DNA of 45,501 bases from an uncultured Lachnospiraceae bacterium (GCA_905236025.1 CAJOOB010000051.1:1-45501), one strand, 5' to 3'; shown: positions 17,263 to 27,520, counted from the first letter of the stretch. The notes: a model not told the origin generated them from the letters alone. Made by a program: numbers and translations.

Positions 17263-19983
17263 ATGAAATTATTACTTATAGACGGACACAGTATTTTACA
17301 CAGAGCATATTACGGAGTACCTAAACTTACGCGTGCGGACGGTGTATGTACAAATGCCGTTTACGGATTTCTTAATATTCTTTTTATGGTTATGGAAAGT
17401 GAAAAGCCCGATCGTTTAGCGGTGGCTTTTGACTTAAGTGAACCAACCTTCAGACACAAAATGTTTCCTGAATACAAGGGTACAAGAAAACCGATGGAAG
17501 ACGATTTACGTCCGCAAGTTCCAATGATTAAAGATTTGCTTAGATTAATGAACGTTACGGTCGTTGAACTTTCGGGATTTGAAGCGGATGATATTCTTGG
17601 TACCTTATCCGTTAAGGGTGAAGAAAAAGATTATGACGTGACAATTTTGTCAGGTGACAGAGACCTTTTGCAGCTTGCAACAAAAAAGGTCTGTGTTATG
17701 ATGCCAAAAATCATTAAAGGAAAGACTGAATATAAGACATATCACGAAAATAACGTAATTGATGAATATAAAGTGACACCGACGGAATTTATAGATTTAA
17801 AAGCAATTATGGGTGATACCTCAGATAATATTCCGGGCGTCAAAGGGATTGGAGAAAAGGGTGCAAGTGACATTATTGTAAATTTCCATTCAATCGAAAA
17901 TGCATTTGAAAACAGAGATAAAATCACAAATAAACGAAATGCCGGACTTTTGGAAAAGGATTTTGAAAACTGCAAGCTATCAAAGGTTCTTGCAACCATC
18001 AACGTAAATGCCCCGGTTGATGTTTTAATTGATGATTGTAAGATTGACAATATGTTTAACGAAAAAGCTTTAGAAGGCTTTAAAAAGCTTAATTTAAAGA
18101 GCCTTTTAAAATACTTTGATGAAACGGTACTTGACTCAGGTGATGCTAAAACAACTGATATTACAGAAAATACAAAGTCTGTAGATTCAGAGGATTTAAC
18201 AGCCCTTGTTGAAGCTTTTGCAGACGGTGATACTTTGGGGCTTTCTTTTTCGAGATATAAAAAAGAAACCAAGGCAGTCCAGCTTGATTTAATGTCAATG
18301 TTAAATGCAAATACTTCCCAAAGTGAAGTAAAACAAGAGGATTTAGCAAATAATTATGGAATTGTGATATCTTTATATTATAAAGATACCTCGTATGTTA
18401 CGAATTTTGAAAATGCGTATGATAAAGACTTAGAAAATCTTGTATCAAAAATGCTTTCAAAAAAGGTAAATGTTTATACATTTGATATAAAGCATGTTTT
18501 AAGAACTTTTAATGTTGATATTAAAAACGTTTTTGCAACAATTGAAGATGCATCAATTGCAGCGTATTTGCTTAATCCGCTTCTTGGTTCATACAGCCCT
18601 GATTATATCAGTGAGCAGTATCTTGGCAGCTTTTTTAAAACGGATTCGGTATATTTGACGGATACAACAAAACCTTTGGATGAAATCATTAAAAAGACTG
18701 CATCTCAAAGCTTTATTGCATTTAATGCACTTCCAAAGCTGCTTTCTGAATTGAAAAACGAATCAATGTATGATTTATATAAAAACATTGAAATTCCATG
18801 TGCGCTTGTGCTTTCTGATATGGAAAAAGAAGGGATTTTAGTTAATCGTACGGCCATGAAGAGTTATTCTTTGTTGCTTGAAGAAAAGATAAAAATCCTT
18901 GAGAAAGAAATTTATGAGGAAATTGGCGAAGAATTTAATATCAATTCACCAAAACAGCTTGGAGAAATACTCTTTGTAAAGAAGGGCTTAAAGGGTGGAA
19001 AAAAGACAAAAACAGGTTATTCGACCTCGGCGGATGTTTTAAACAAACTTGCGTTGGAATATGGATATGTAAAGAAAATCCTGGATTACAGAGGACTTAC
19101 AAAATTAAAGAGTACTTATGCAGACGGTTTGGATGCGTATATTTTGGCCGATGGCCGCATACATACAAATTTTAAACAGACAGTTACCGCAACCGGAAGA
19201 CTCAGTTCTGCGGAACCGAATCTTCAAAATATTCCGGTAAGAATGGCTATTGGCAAGAAAATGAGGGAAGTCTTTGTGGCAAGTGAAGGATGTACCTTTA
19301 TTGATGCGGATTATTCACAGATTGAACTTAGAATTCTTGCTCATATGTCAGGTGACAAGGCGCTTATTGAGGCGTATAATTCAGGTGATGACATTCATGC
19401 AATTACTGCTTCTAAAGTTTTCAATGTTCCTTTAGAGGAGGTAAGTGCAGAGCAGAGAAGAAACGCTAAGGCGGTTAATTTTGGTATTGTGTACGGTATC
19501 AGCAGTTACGGATTAAGTGAGGATTTAAGCATTTCAAAATCCCTTGCGGAAGAATATATTGAACAGTATTTTGTAAATTATCCGGGAATAAAGAAGTATC
19601 TTGATGATACGGTGGAAGCTGCAAAGAAAAACGGTTATACAAAAACGTTATACAACAGAAAAAGACCAATACCGGAACTTTCTTCGGATAAATTCATGAT
19701 TAAAAAATTTGGCGAACGTGTGGCAATGAACTCTCCAATACAGGGTACTGCCGCGGATATAATGAAAATCGCCATGATTAACGTATATTACGGATTAAAG
19801 GAGGCGGGCTTAAAGGCCAAAATCCTTTTGCAGGTACACGATGAACTTCTTATTGAAGCTCCTTTGGAGGAGGCTTCTAGAGTAAAAGAAATTGTAGTTG
19901 ATAAAATGCAGCATGCAGCAGATCTTTTTGTTAAGCTGTCCGTATCAGCGGGTGAAGGAAAAGACTGGCTTGCGGCTCATTAG
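17263..19983 (+). CDS. polA: DNA polymerase I
   Basis: 5'-3' exonuclease motifs LLIDGHS, FEADD and GDTSDNIPGVKGIG. Polymerase motifs TATGRLSS, DADYSQIELR, KAVNFGIVYG and LQVHDEL. ATG at 17263 follows GGAG. Confidence 0.98.
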   Translation: MKLLLIDGHSILHRAYYGVPKLTRADGVCTNAVYGFLNILFMVMESEKPDRLAVAFDLSEPTFRHKMFPEYKGTRKPMEDDLRPQVPMIKDLLRLMNVTVVELSGFEADDILGTLSVKGEEKDYDVTILSGDRDLLQLATKKVCVMMPKIIKGKTEYKTYHENNVIDEYKVTPTEFIDLKAIMGDTSDNIPGVKGIGEKGASDIIVNFHSIENAFENRDKITNKRNAGLLEKDFENCKLSKVLATINVNAPVDVLIDDCKIDNMFNEKALEGFKKLNLKSLLKYFDETVLDSGDAKTTDITENTKSVDSEDLTALVEAFADGDTLGLSFSRYKKETKAVQLDLMSMLNANTSQSEVKQEDLANNYGIVISLYYKDTSYVTNFENAYDKDLENLVSKMLSKKVNVYTFDIKHVLRTFNVDIKNVFATIEDASIAAYLLNPLLGSYSPDYISEQYLGSFFKTDSVYLTDTTKPLDEIIKKTASQSFIAFNALPKLLSELKNESMYDLYKNIEIPCALVLSDMEKEGILVNRTAMKSYSLLLEEKIKILEKEIYEEIGEEFNINSPKQLGEILFVKKGLKGGKKTKTGYSTSADVLNKLALEYGYVKKILDYRGLTKLKSTYADGLDAYILADGRIHTNFKQTVTATGRLSSAEPNLQNIPVRMAIGKKMREVFVASEGCTFIDADYSQIELRILAHMSGDKALIEAYNSGDDIHAITASKVFNVPLEEVSAEQRRNAKAVNFGIVYGISSYGLSEDLSISKSLAEEYIEQYFVNYPGIKKYLDDTVEAAKKNGYTKTLYNRKRPIPELSSDKFMIKKFGERVAMNSPIQGTAADIMKIAMINVYYGLKEAGLKAKILLQVHDELLIEAPLEEASRVKEIVVDKMQHAADLFVKLSVSAGEGKDWLAAH

Positions 19984-19997
19984 AAAAGAGTGGCTTT

Positions 19998-20591
19998 ATG
20001 AGTTGGGTAATAGGTGTTACAGGCGGCGTTGGCTGTGGAAAATCAAGATTTCTTGAAGAACTTTCTTTAGAGATAAAAGCATATGTCATACTGGCGGATG
20101 ATATTGGGCGCGGGTTACAAGAACCCGGTACGAAGCAATATGACGAAATTGTTGAAGTTTTTGGAAAAGAAGTTCTTTTGGAAAACGGTAAATTTAACAG
20201 AGGACTTTTGGGAATGCTTGCTTTTTCAGATGAAAACAAGCTTAAGGCCCTGAATAATATTATTCATCCGGCTGTTAAAGAGAGGATTGAAAAAAGAATC
20301 GAATCAATTATAAAAGAAGATCCAGAGGCACTTATTTTTGTTGAGGCGGCGCTCCTTTTAGAGGCGGATTATGATTCGATGTGTAATGAAGTATGGTATA
20401 TATATGCCGACACAGAGACAAGATTCAAACGTCTTTCACAGGGACGAGGAATGACCAGGGAATCTTTTGACAGAATTACAAAAATGCAATTATCAGAATA
20501 TGAATTCAGACTCAGAAGCAACTTTGTTATTGATAACAGTGGATATATTGAGGCTTCCGTAGTTCAGGCAAGAAGACACTTGAGTTTATAA
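19998..20591 (+). CDS. coaE: Dephospho-CoA kinase
   Basis: P-loop GVTGGVGCGKS, LNNIIHP, VEAALLLE and VIDNSG. Canonical position after polA. Confidence 0.93.
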   Translation: MSWVIGVTGGVGCGKSRFLEELSLEIKAYVILADDIGRGLQEPGTKQYDEIVEVFGKEVLLENGKFNRGLLGMLAFSDENKLKALNNIIHPAVKERIEKRIESIIKEDPEALIFVEAALLLEADYDSMCNEVWYIYADTETRFKRLSQGRGMTRESFDRITKMQLSEYEFRLRSNFVIDNSGYIEASVVQARRHLSL

Positions 20592-20671
20592 AGGTGGGTT
20601 TGAAAATGGATATGTCGTTTGCTAACAGCGAAATGAAAAATGATTTAAACAGGATGTGGAGGGTTCGAAAG

Positions 20672-22960
20672 ATGGCATCTAGCAATAAGGACAAATTAAT
20701 ATTTGGTTTGGATATTGGTACCAGAAGCCTTGTTGGCTCAGTGGGATACATGAACAAGGACACTTTCGTGGTTGTGGGTCATTATGTTAAAGAGCATGAT
20801 TCAAGATCCATGCTCGATGGCCAGATTCACGATATTGTTACGGTAAGTGAATCAATACAGAAGGTTAAAAGAGAACTTGAAAAGCAACTTGATATTGAAT
20901 TAAAAGAAGTATGTATTGCTGCCGCAGGTCGTGTTTTAAAGACAAAGAATGTTCATGTCGAACTTGAAAGAAAAGATGATCAAAGAATTACCGCAGAAGA
21001 GATATATGATCTTGAAACTTTAGGCGTAAAAGCCGGATATGAAGAAATTGCACAGGAAGTTGAGGGATCGGAGTATTACTGCGTTGGTTATTCTGTTATT
21101 AAATATTTTATGAATGATCAGCAAATCAGCAATCTTGAGGGACATAAGGCCGGTAAGATTTCCTGTGATATGGTTACAACCTTCCTTCCGAATGATGTTG
21201 TTGACGGTTTATATACGGCGGTTGAAGATGCGGGACTTACTGTTGCAAATCTTACGCTCGAGCCTATCGCCGCAATTAACCTTGCAATACCGCAAAATTA
21301 CAGACTACTTAATATTGCCCTTGTTGATGTGGGTGCAGGTACAAGCGATATTTCAATTACAAAAGATGGAAGTATTATTGCATACGGCATGATTCCTCAT
21401 GCCGGTGATGAAATAACGGAAACCATTGTACAAAAGTATCTTGTGGATTTTAATACTGCTGACAAAATAAAGATTGATGCAAATACAAATAAGTCCGGTG
21501 CTGTATTTAAAGATGTTATGGGACTTGAGCAAAAAGTTTCAAAGACTGAAGTTGCAAATACTTATAAAGATACCGTAAAAGCAATTACAAAAGAAATTGC
21601 TGATAAGATTATTGAACTTAACGGCGGAAAAACAGTTAGCGCCTGTTTTGTTGTCGGTGGTGGCGGAAAAGCTCACGGATTCTGTGATATGCTTGCTTCT
21701 GCATTAAAGCTTCCAAAAGAAAGAGTTGCTTTAAGAGGAGAAGAAGTTTTATCAGACGTTGAATTTACGGATGAGAATGTTGTTAAAGATCCGCTTTTGG
21801 TTACGCCAATCGGTATTTGCCTTAATTACTATGCACAGCACAATAATTTTATTATTGTTAATGTTAACGATGCAAGAGTTAAGCTCTTTGACAACGGTAA
21901 ATTAAATGTTTTGGATGCCGCAATTCAGGTTGGATTCCCTGATGATGCGCTTTTTGGTAAACGTGGCGAAGAAATTAATTATACAGTTAACGGTGTAAAT
22001 AAAGTGAGTCACGGCGGTATGGGTGAACCTGCGGAAATTACCGTAAACAATCAGCCGGCAAGCATGATTACAAAGATTGTAAAAAATGATGTTATTACAA
22101 TTAAGCCTTCAACCAAGGGCGATGATGCAGTTCTTGTTTTGGAAGGAATTGAAGAATACGGTAAGAAAATCAGCTTTATGATTGACGATAAGCCTGTCAG
22201 ACTTCAAAGATGCACAACGGTAAACGGTGAAATTGTTCCACCGACATATGTTGTAAAAGACGGAGATAAGATTGAAGTATTGGATTATTATACGGTTTCT
22301 GACCTTGCAAAAAACCTTGATATTCCGATTGATGATAAAGACGTTTATGTAAATAATGAAATTGCCGCCCCTGATACAAAGGTTTACGAGCGATTCAAAG
22401 TTGTGTTTAAAAACGGCGGCGCTAATGCAACTACAGCCACATCTTTCTCTGAGCTTCCGGATGATGACGGAACATACAAAAAAAATAAAGAAGCAACCGC
22501 GGAAGTTGCAGCGGCCACGGCTGAAAGAATAAAGAAAGAACTTGAGGAGAAAAAGCATCTCGACCCAATAACAGGCGAACCGCTTTATAAGTCGGACGAA
22601 GAAACCGTTGATTCAGAAGAAGAGTCAAATTATTCGGTTTTTATGGATAATGAAAATAAAAACGAAAGAAACGTTGATTATATCGGTGAAGAAAAATTCG
22701 TTCCTGATAGGGCTGTAAAGATGGCGGCAACCGGTACAACGTCAAAAAAGACACCGATAAGTGTTAATCTTTCTGTTAACGGAAAGAGCGTAACTCTTAA
22801 GAATAAATCGAAGTATTCGTTTGTAGATATTTTGGATTTTTATCCGTTTGATACAAAAAATCCCAAAGGGAATCTTCTTGTAACAAGGATTAACGGTGAA
22901 GAATGTAAATTCAGTGATCCGGTTAAAGACGGAGACGTAGCTGAATTATACTGGAAATAA
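20672..22960 (+). CDS. FtsA/PilM-like actin-fold ATPase with C-terminal ThiS/MoaD-like (beta-grasp) repeats
   Basis: Actin-fold motifs GLDIGTRS, TLEPIAA, VDVGAGTSD and VVGGGG. The C-terminal half has repeated VNG...(V)KDGD-type segments. ATG at 20672 follows GGAGG. Confidence 0.8.
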   Translation: MASSNKDKLIFGLDIGTRSLVGSVGYMNKDTFVVVGHYVKEHDSRSMLDGQIHDIVTVSESIQKVKRELEKQLDIELKEVCIAAAGRVLKTKNVHVELERKDDQRITAEEIYDLETLGVKAGYEEIAQEVEGSEYYCVGYSVIKYFMNDQQISNLEGHKAGKISCDMVTTFLPNDVVDGLYTAVEDAGLTVANLTLEPIAAINLAIPQNYRLLNIALVDVGAGTSDISITKDGSIIAYGMIPHAGDEITETIVQKYLVDFNTADKIKIDANTNKSGAVFKDVMGLEQKVSKTEVANTYKDTVKAITKEIADKIIELNGGKTVSACFVVGGGGKAHGFCDMLASALKLPKERVALRGEEVLSDVEFTDENVVKDPLLVTPIGICLNYYAQHNNFIIVNVNDARVKLFDNGKLNVLDAAIQVGFPDDALFGKRGEEINYTVNGVNKVSHGGMGEPAEITVNNQPASMITKIVKNDVITIKPSTKGDDAVLVLEGIEEYGKKISFMIDDKPVRLQRCTTVNGEIVPPTYVVKDGDKIEVLDYYTVSDLAKNLDIPIDDKDVYVNNEIAAPDTKVYERFKVVFKNGGANATTATSFSELPDDDGTYKKNKEATAEVAAATAERIKKELEEKKHLDPITGEPLYKSDEETVDSEEESNYSVFMDNENKNERNVDYIGEEKFVPDRAVKMAATGTTSKKTPISVNLSVNGKSVTLKNKSKYSFVDILDFYPFDTKNPKGNLLVTRINGEECKFSDPVKDGDVAELYWK

Positions 22961-22984
22961 AGTATGAAATAACGGAGTAACGCA

Positions 22985-23785
22985 ATGGATATAAAACTTT
23001 GGAAAAATATATTAAGACCTTATCAACAGGCTGTAAATGAGCTGACTCTCAAATTTGAGTCGTTGCAAAGAGAGTATCGCGAAAGCGGAAGATACTCTCC
23101 GATTGAGCAGGTACTTGGAAGAGTTAAGAAGATTTCTTCCATTTTGGAAAAGTGTCAGAAAAAGGGCATTGACATTGAACAGATGGAAGAAAAACTTGAT
23201 GATATTGCGGGTATTCGTATTATATGCCAGTTCGTTGAAGATATTTACAAGGTTGTTGAATTTATTGAAAACCGCTCTGACTTAGAGGTGATTGAGGAAA
23301 AAGATTACATAAAAAACCAAAAGGAAAGCGGTTACAGAAGTTTTCATATCATTGCAAAATATACCGTTGAAACTCTTGACGGCCCAAAGACTTTAAAGGT
23401 TGAAATCCAGGTAAGAACACTTGGTATGAATTTCTGGTCAACCATTGAACATTCGCTTCAGTATAAATATAAGCACGGTATTCCTGAGCATATCAGAGAA
23501 AGACTGTACAATTCAGCTGAAGCTATCCTTACTTTGGATAATGAAATGTCACAGATTCGCGAAGAAATTATGGATTCTCAGAATTCCTTTAATATTAAGG
23601 CTAATATTATTGCAGAAATCCTTAATTCCATTGAAAATCTTTATGCATATGCAAACAGCAGAGAAATCGTTAAAATCCAGGATGAATTTTTCAAGATTTA
23701 TTCGGAAAATGATTCTGACAAACTTGAGAGATTCTCTAAAGAACTTGACATTGTTGCTGAGGGCTACAGAGCCCAAAAACTTTGA
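22985..23785 (+). CDS. Small alarmone synthetase ((p)ppGpp synthetase, RelQ/YjbM-like)
   Basis: Motifs GRVK, DIAGIRIIC, KESGYRSFH and EIQVRTLGMNFWSTIEHSLQYK. No HD hydrolase domain. Confidence 0.92.
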   Translation: MDIKLWKNILRPYQQAVNELTLKFESLQREYRESGRYSPIEQVLGRVKKISSILEKCQKKGIDIEQMEEKLDDIAGIRIICQFVEDIYKVVEFIENRSDLEVIEEKDYIKNQKESGYRSFHIIAKYTVETLDGPKTLKVEIQVRTLGMNFWSTIEHSLQYKYKHGIPEHIRERLYNSAEAILTLDNEMSQIREEIMDSQNSFNIKANIIAEILNSIENLYAYANSREIVKIQDEFFKIYSENDSDKLERFSKELDIVAEGYRAQKL

Positions 23786-23800
23786 TTACGGAGAGTGTTG

Positions 23801-24490
23801 ATGAAGAACACGCTTATTGATATTTTTAAAGATAAGAAGGCGGTTTTGTTTGATTTAGACGGGACTGTTATTGATTCTATGTGGATGTGGAAAGACGTGG
23901 ATGTTACGTATCTTTCCAAAAGAAATATTGAATACCCGTTATCCTTACCCGTTGAAATTGAAGGAAAGACATACTACGAAACGGCGGTATATTTTAAAGA
24001 GCGCTTTAATTTACCCGATACATTGGAAGAAATAATGGATGAATGGCATGAAATATCGTATGATATTTACTGTAATAAGGTTATGTTGAAGGATAAAGTT
24101 AAAGATGTACTGATAACACTTAAGGAAAAGGGGTATAAGACGGCCATCGCCACGAGTAATTCAAGAGCGCTCACAAAAGGAGCATTAGAATCGCTTGGTA
24201 TTTATGAGCTTTTTGATACGCTTGTATGCTCAGAGGATGTTAAATGCGGTAAACCTGACCCTGAGGTGTACATGATTGCGTGTAAGAATCTTGGTGTTTT
24301 GGGAAGCGAGGCGGTTGTTTTTGAAGACGTACCGCAGGGGCTCATCGCCGGGAGCGCGTGTGGTTGTAAAACGGTTGCTGTTTTTGATGAATATTCTAAA
24401 ATGTACGATGAAGAGAAGCATAAACTTGCGGATTATTACTTAATGTCATATAGCGAAATGTTTACGGATTTATTTGAAAGGCAGGTATAA
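23801..24490 (+). CDS. HAD-superfamily phosphatase (beta-PGM/CbbY-like)
   Basis: Motifs FDLDGTVIDS, ATSN, GKPDPEVY and VFEDVPQG. Confidence 0.9.
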   Translation: MKNTLIDIFKDKKAVLFDLDGTVIDSMWMWKDVDVTYLSKRNIEYPLSLPVEIEGKTYYETAVYFKERFNLPDTLEEIMDEWHEISYDIYCNKVMLKDKVKDVLITLKEKGYKTAIATSNSRALTKGALESLGIYELFDTLVCSEDVKCGKPDPEVYMIACKNLGVLGSEAVVFEDVPQGLIAGSACGCKTVAVFDEYSKMYDEEKHKLADYYLMSYSEMFTDLFERQV

Positions 24491-24492
24491 AA

Positions 24493-25296
24493 ATGAAGTA
24501 TGTTGCTGTTGTGACCGGTGCCTCAAGCGGCATTGGCAAAGAATTTGCTCATTATATTGCAGAGAATTTTAAGTCAATTAGTGAAATCTGGATTGTTGCA
24601 AGAAGAAAAGACAGGCTTGAAAGAGAAAAGGCTTATATTGAAACTTTTGGAAAGGCTTGTAAGGTTTACAATTATGATGTATGTGATGATTCTTTGATTG
24701 GAAACCTTGTGTATGATCTTGACCATGAAGACGGCCACATCAAACTTTTGGTTAATGCGGCCGGTTTTGGAAAAATTGGGCTTTTTGCAAAGGAAGCATC
24801 AACTCTTGAAGAAATTACAGGAATGGTTGATGTTAACGTGAGAGCGCTTACAAGACTTACTAAGGTTTTGCTTCCTTATATGGCATACAATTCAAGAATT
24901 ATCAACATGGCTTCTGCTGCTGCATTTATGCCACAGCCAAACTTTGCCGTATATGCTGCAACTAAAGCTTACGTTCTTTCTTTATCGAGAGCATTAAACG
25001 AAGAAATCAAGCATGAAAACGTTTATGTTACTGCAGTTTGTCCGGGCCCTGTAAAGACGGAATTCTTTGATATTGCAGAATCTCACGGAACGGTAGTTAA
25101 ATTTAAAAAATATTTCATGGCCGATCCGAAGAAAGTTGTGGACCAGGCAATCAAGGATTCAATCTTGCAAAGAACGGTTTCCGTTTACGGAACATCAATG
25201 AACCTTTTGTTTCTGTTTGCAAAACTTATCCCGCATGCCATAATTTTAAAGATTACATCCATTTTTACAAAAGTGCAGGATGATAAAGAAGAATAA
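24493..25296 (+). CDS. Short-chain dehydrogenase/reductase
   Basis: Motifs TGASSGIG, VNAAGFG, catalytic YAATK and CPGPVKTEF. Confidence 0.93.
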   Translation: MKYVAVVTGASSGIGKEFAHYIAENFKSISEIWIVARRKDRLEREKAYIETFGKACKVYNYDVCDDSLIGNLVYDLDHEDGHIKLLVNAAGFGKIGLFAKEASTLEEITGMVDVNVRALTRLTKVLLPYMAYNSRIINMASAAAFMPQPNFAVYAATKAYVLSLSRALNEEIKHENVYVTAVCPGPVKTEFFDIAESHGTVVKFKKYFMADPKKVVDQAIKDSILQRTVSVYGTSMNLLFLFAKLIPHAIILKITSIFTKVQDDKEE

Positions 25297-25311
25297 TATT
25301 GGAAGTGTAAA

Positions 25312-25968
25312 ATGAAGAAAAAACAAAAAGGTGAATTTGGATATATTAATTATTATAAGCTTCTTCAGGGGATAATAAGCTTTACATTTGTGATTGTAAT
25401 GGCTGTTTTATATATTACGGGTTTGCTTATATTTAAGACAAATAAAAATGCTCTTACGGTTCTTGCAATTCTGGTGCTTTTACCTGCGGCAAGGTATATT
25501 GTTTCCTGGATTGTTATATTTCCGTATAAAAGTTCTGATGAGGCTTTGTATAATAAATTAAGAGAATATCCTTCAAAGAACAAAGGCTGGCTTGGTATTT
25601 CCGCAGAAGATGTCAGGAATACTAATGAAAATGATATTTTAGAGCCTGATAAAAGAAAGGCTGTTATTGTATCAGACCTTGTTCTTACCTATTCAGAGCA
25701 TATTATGAATGTTGATTTTCTGGTTGTAAGAGAAGGGCATGTGATTGCTTATTCAGACCATAAAAAGATTGACGAATCATATACTTCAGATTATATTAAG
25801 AGACTTTTGGATAATTCTTCTGATTATAAGTCATTTAAATTTTATACAAAAGAAGAGAATTTCTTAAAGGCATACAGAGAAATACAAAATAATAGTAATT
25901 CGGATAAACGCAAGGTTTATCGCAATGATTTGCTTATTGTAAGAAATATATTACCATTCTCGATTTAG
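25312..25968 (+). CDS. Hypothetical membrane protein (2 N-terminal TM helices)
   Basis: 218-aa ORF that fills the gap between neighbours. KGEFGYI N-terminus, two hydrophobic segments, then a soluble domain. Confidence 0.75.
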   Translation: MKKKQKGEFGYINYYKLLQGIISFTFVIVMAVLYITGLLIFKTNKNALTVLAILVLLPAARYIVSWIVIFPYKSSDEALYNKLREYPSKNKGWLGISAEDVRNTNENDILEPDKRKAVIVSDLVLTYSEHIMNVDFLVVREGHVIAYSDHKKIDESYTSDYIKRLLDNSSDYKSFKFYTKEENFLKAYREIQNNSNSDKRKVYRNDLLIVRNILPFSI

Positions 25969-25980
25969 GATAATTATAAA

Positions 25981-27009
25981 GTGAAAGAAATTTACGTTGG
26001 TGAAAATGAAGCCGGTCAGCGATTTGACAAGCTTTTAAACAAATTATTATGCAATGCCCCGGGTGGTTTTGTATATAAGATGTTAAGAAAAAAGAATATT
26101 ACCTTAAATGATAAAAAAGCCTCCGGTAACGAAAAACTCGTTATGGGGGATAAGATTAAACTCTTTTTGTCTGATGAAACGTTTGATAAGTTTTCTTTTG
26201 ATAAAAGAAAAAATGCAACAGATATTATTAACAGTGCCGGACGTTTGCAGAAGTTTAAACCGCTTGATATTATTTATGAAGATGATGATTTTTTGTTTGT
26301 AAATAAGCCATACGGAGTGTTGTCTCAAAAAGCGGAAGCATCAGATGTATCTTTAAATGAACAGATTCTTTCTTATCTTTTGGAAAGTAATGCCATTAAT
26401 TTACAGGATTTAAACACTTTCAGACCATCTGTCTGTAACAGACTTGATCGTAATACGTCAGGCCTTATTATTGCGGGGAAGAGCCTTAAAGCATTACAGT
26501 TTGCATCAAAGATGCTTGCAAACCGTACCTTGGATAAGTATTATCTTGCTCTTGTTAAGGGAACCGTAAAAAATGATATGACAATTGACGGTTACCTAAA
26601 AAAAGATAAAAAGACAAATAAGGTTACCGTCTCACATAATGAAAAAGACGGAGACAGGATTGAAACGGGGATAAAAGTGCTTGCATCAGCTTTTGATGTA
26701 ACGCTTTTAAAGATAAAGCTGATTACCGGAAAAACGCATCAGATAAGGGCTCACCTTGCATCGATTGGTCATCCGATAATCGGCGACAGAAAATACGGTG
26801 ATGAAGTAATTAATGATAAATACAGAAACGAACAAGATGTTAAATATCAATTACTTCATTCTTATGAACTTGTAATTCCTGATACAAATGGTGAATTCCC
26901 CGGCATTTCAAATAAGACTTTTACTGCAAGACCGCCGTTTGTGTTTGAAATGCTTATTAAAAAGATGGAGGAAGAAACAGGTGGCAACTTGGAACTCCAG
27001 AGGCCTTAG
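25981..27009 (+). CDS. RluA-family pseudouridine synthase with N-terminal S4-like domain
   Basis: Motifs GQRFDK, VNKPYG, catalytic NRLDRNTSG, TGKTHQIRAHL and IIGDRKYG. Confidence 0.93.
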   Translation: MKEIYVGENEAGQRFDKLLNKLLCNAPGGFVYKMLRKKNITLNDKKASGNEKLVMGDKIKLFLSDETFDKFSFDKRKNATDIINSAGRLQKFKPLDIIYEDDDFLFVNKPYGVLSQKAEASDVSLNEQILSYLLESNAINLQDLNTFRPSVCNRLDRNTSGLIIAGKSLKALQFASKMLANRTLDKYYLALVKGTVKNDMTIDGYLKKDKKTNKVTVSHNEKDGDRIETGIKVLASAFDVTLLKIKLITGKTHQIRAHLASIGHPIIGDRKYGDEVINDKYRNEQDVKYQLLHSYELVIPDTNGEFPGISNKTFTARPPFVFEMLIKKMEEETGGNLELQRP

Positions 27010-27520
27010 AGGAAGCGGACTTGAAGATTTAATAAATCTTACAATTTCTGTTTACAGAGAAAGCGGACTTGCCCTTATACAGAAAATTCCCACACCAATA
27101 AAGCCAATCAAAATTGACAAAGATTCAAAACATATTACACTTGCGTACTTTGATCAAAAAAGTACCGTTGATTATATCGGAGTGGCTCAGGGTATTCCGA
27201 TTTGTTTTGATGCAAAGGAATGTAAAACAGATACTTTCCCGCTTGCAAACGTTCACGAACACCAGATTTTATTTATGAAGGATTTTGAAAAGCAGGGCGG
27301 TATTGCTTTTTTTATTGTTTATTATACAGAACTTGACGAATGTTATTATCTGCCTTTAAGGGATATGCTTAACTTTTTTGAAAGGGCAAACGAAGGCGGA
27401 GTCAAGAGATTTTATTATGATGAGATTGATAAAACATTTCTTATAAAAGGCAGTGGTTCAACTCCTGTCCATTTTCTTGAGCAGATTAATCTTGATATTA
27501 TTTCACGCGATAAAAAATAA
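26981..27520 (+). CDS. recU: Holliday junction resolvase RecU
   Basis: Motifs RGSGLE, QKIPTP, STVDYIG, FDAKE and HEHQ. GTG start at 26981 follows GGAGG and overlaps the RluA gene. Confidence 0.93.
   Translation: MATWNSRGLRGSGLEDLINLTISVYRESGLALIQKIPTPIKPIKIDKDSKHITLAYFDQKSTVDYIGVAQGIPICFDAKECKTDTFPLANVHEHQILFMKDFEKQGGIAFFIVYYTELDECYYLPLRDMLNFFERANEGGVKRFYYDEIDKTFLIKGSGSTPVHFLEQINLDIISRDKK

Noticed and set aside
20672..22960. Calling this gene ftsA, or part of a ubiquitin-like conjugation system
   Set aside because: Length and context are wrong for FtsA. There is no C-terminal Gly-Gly and no E1/ThiF, E2 or JAB gene in the window.
22985..23785. toxSAS toxin-antitoxin module
   Set aside because: The sequence resembles housekeeping RelQ-type enzymes, the context is core genome, and no antitoxin-like neighbour is evident.
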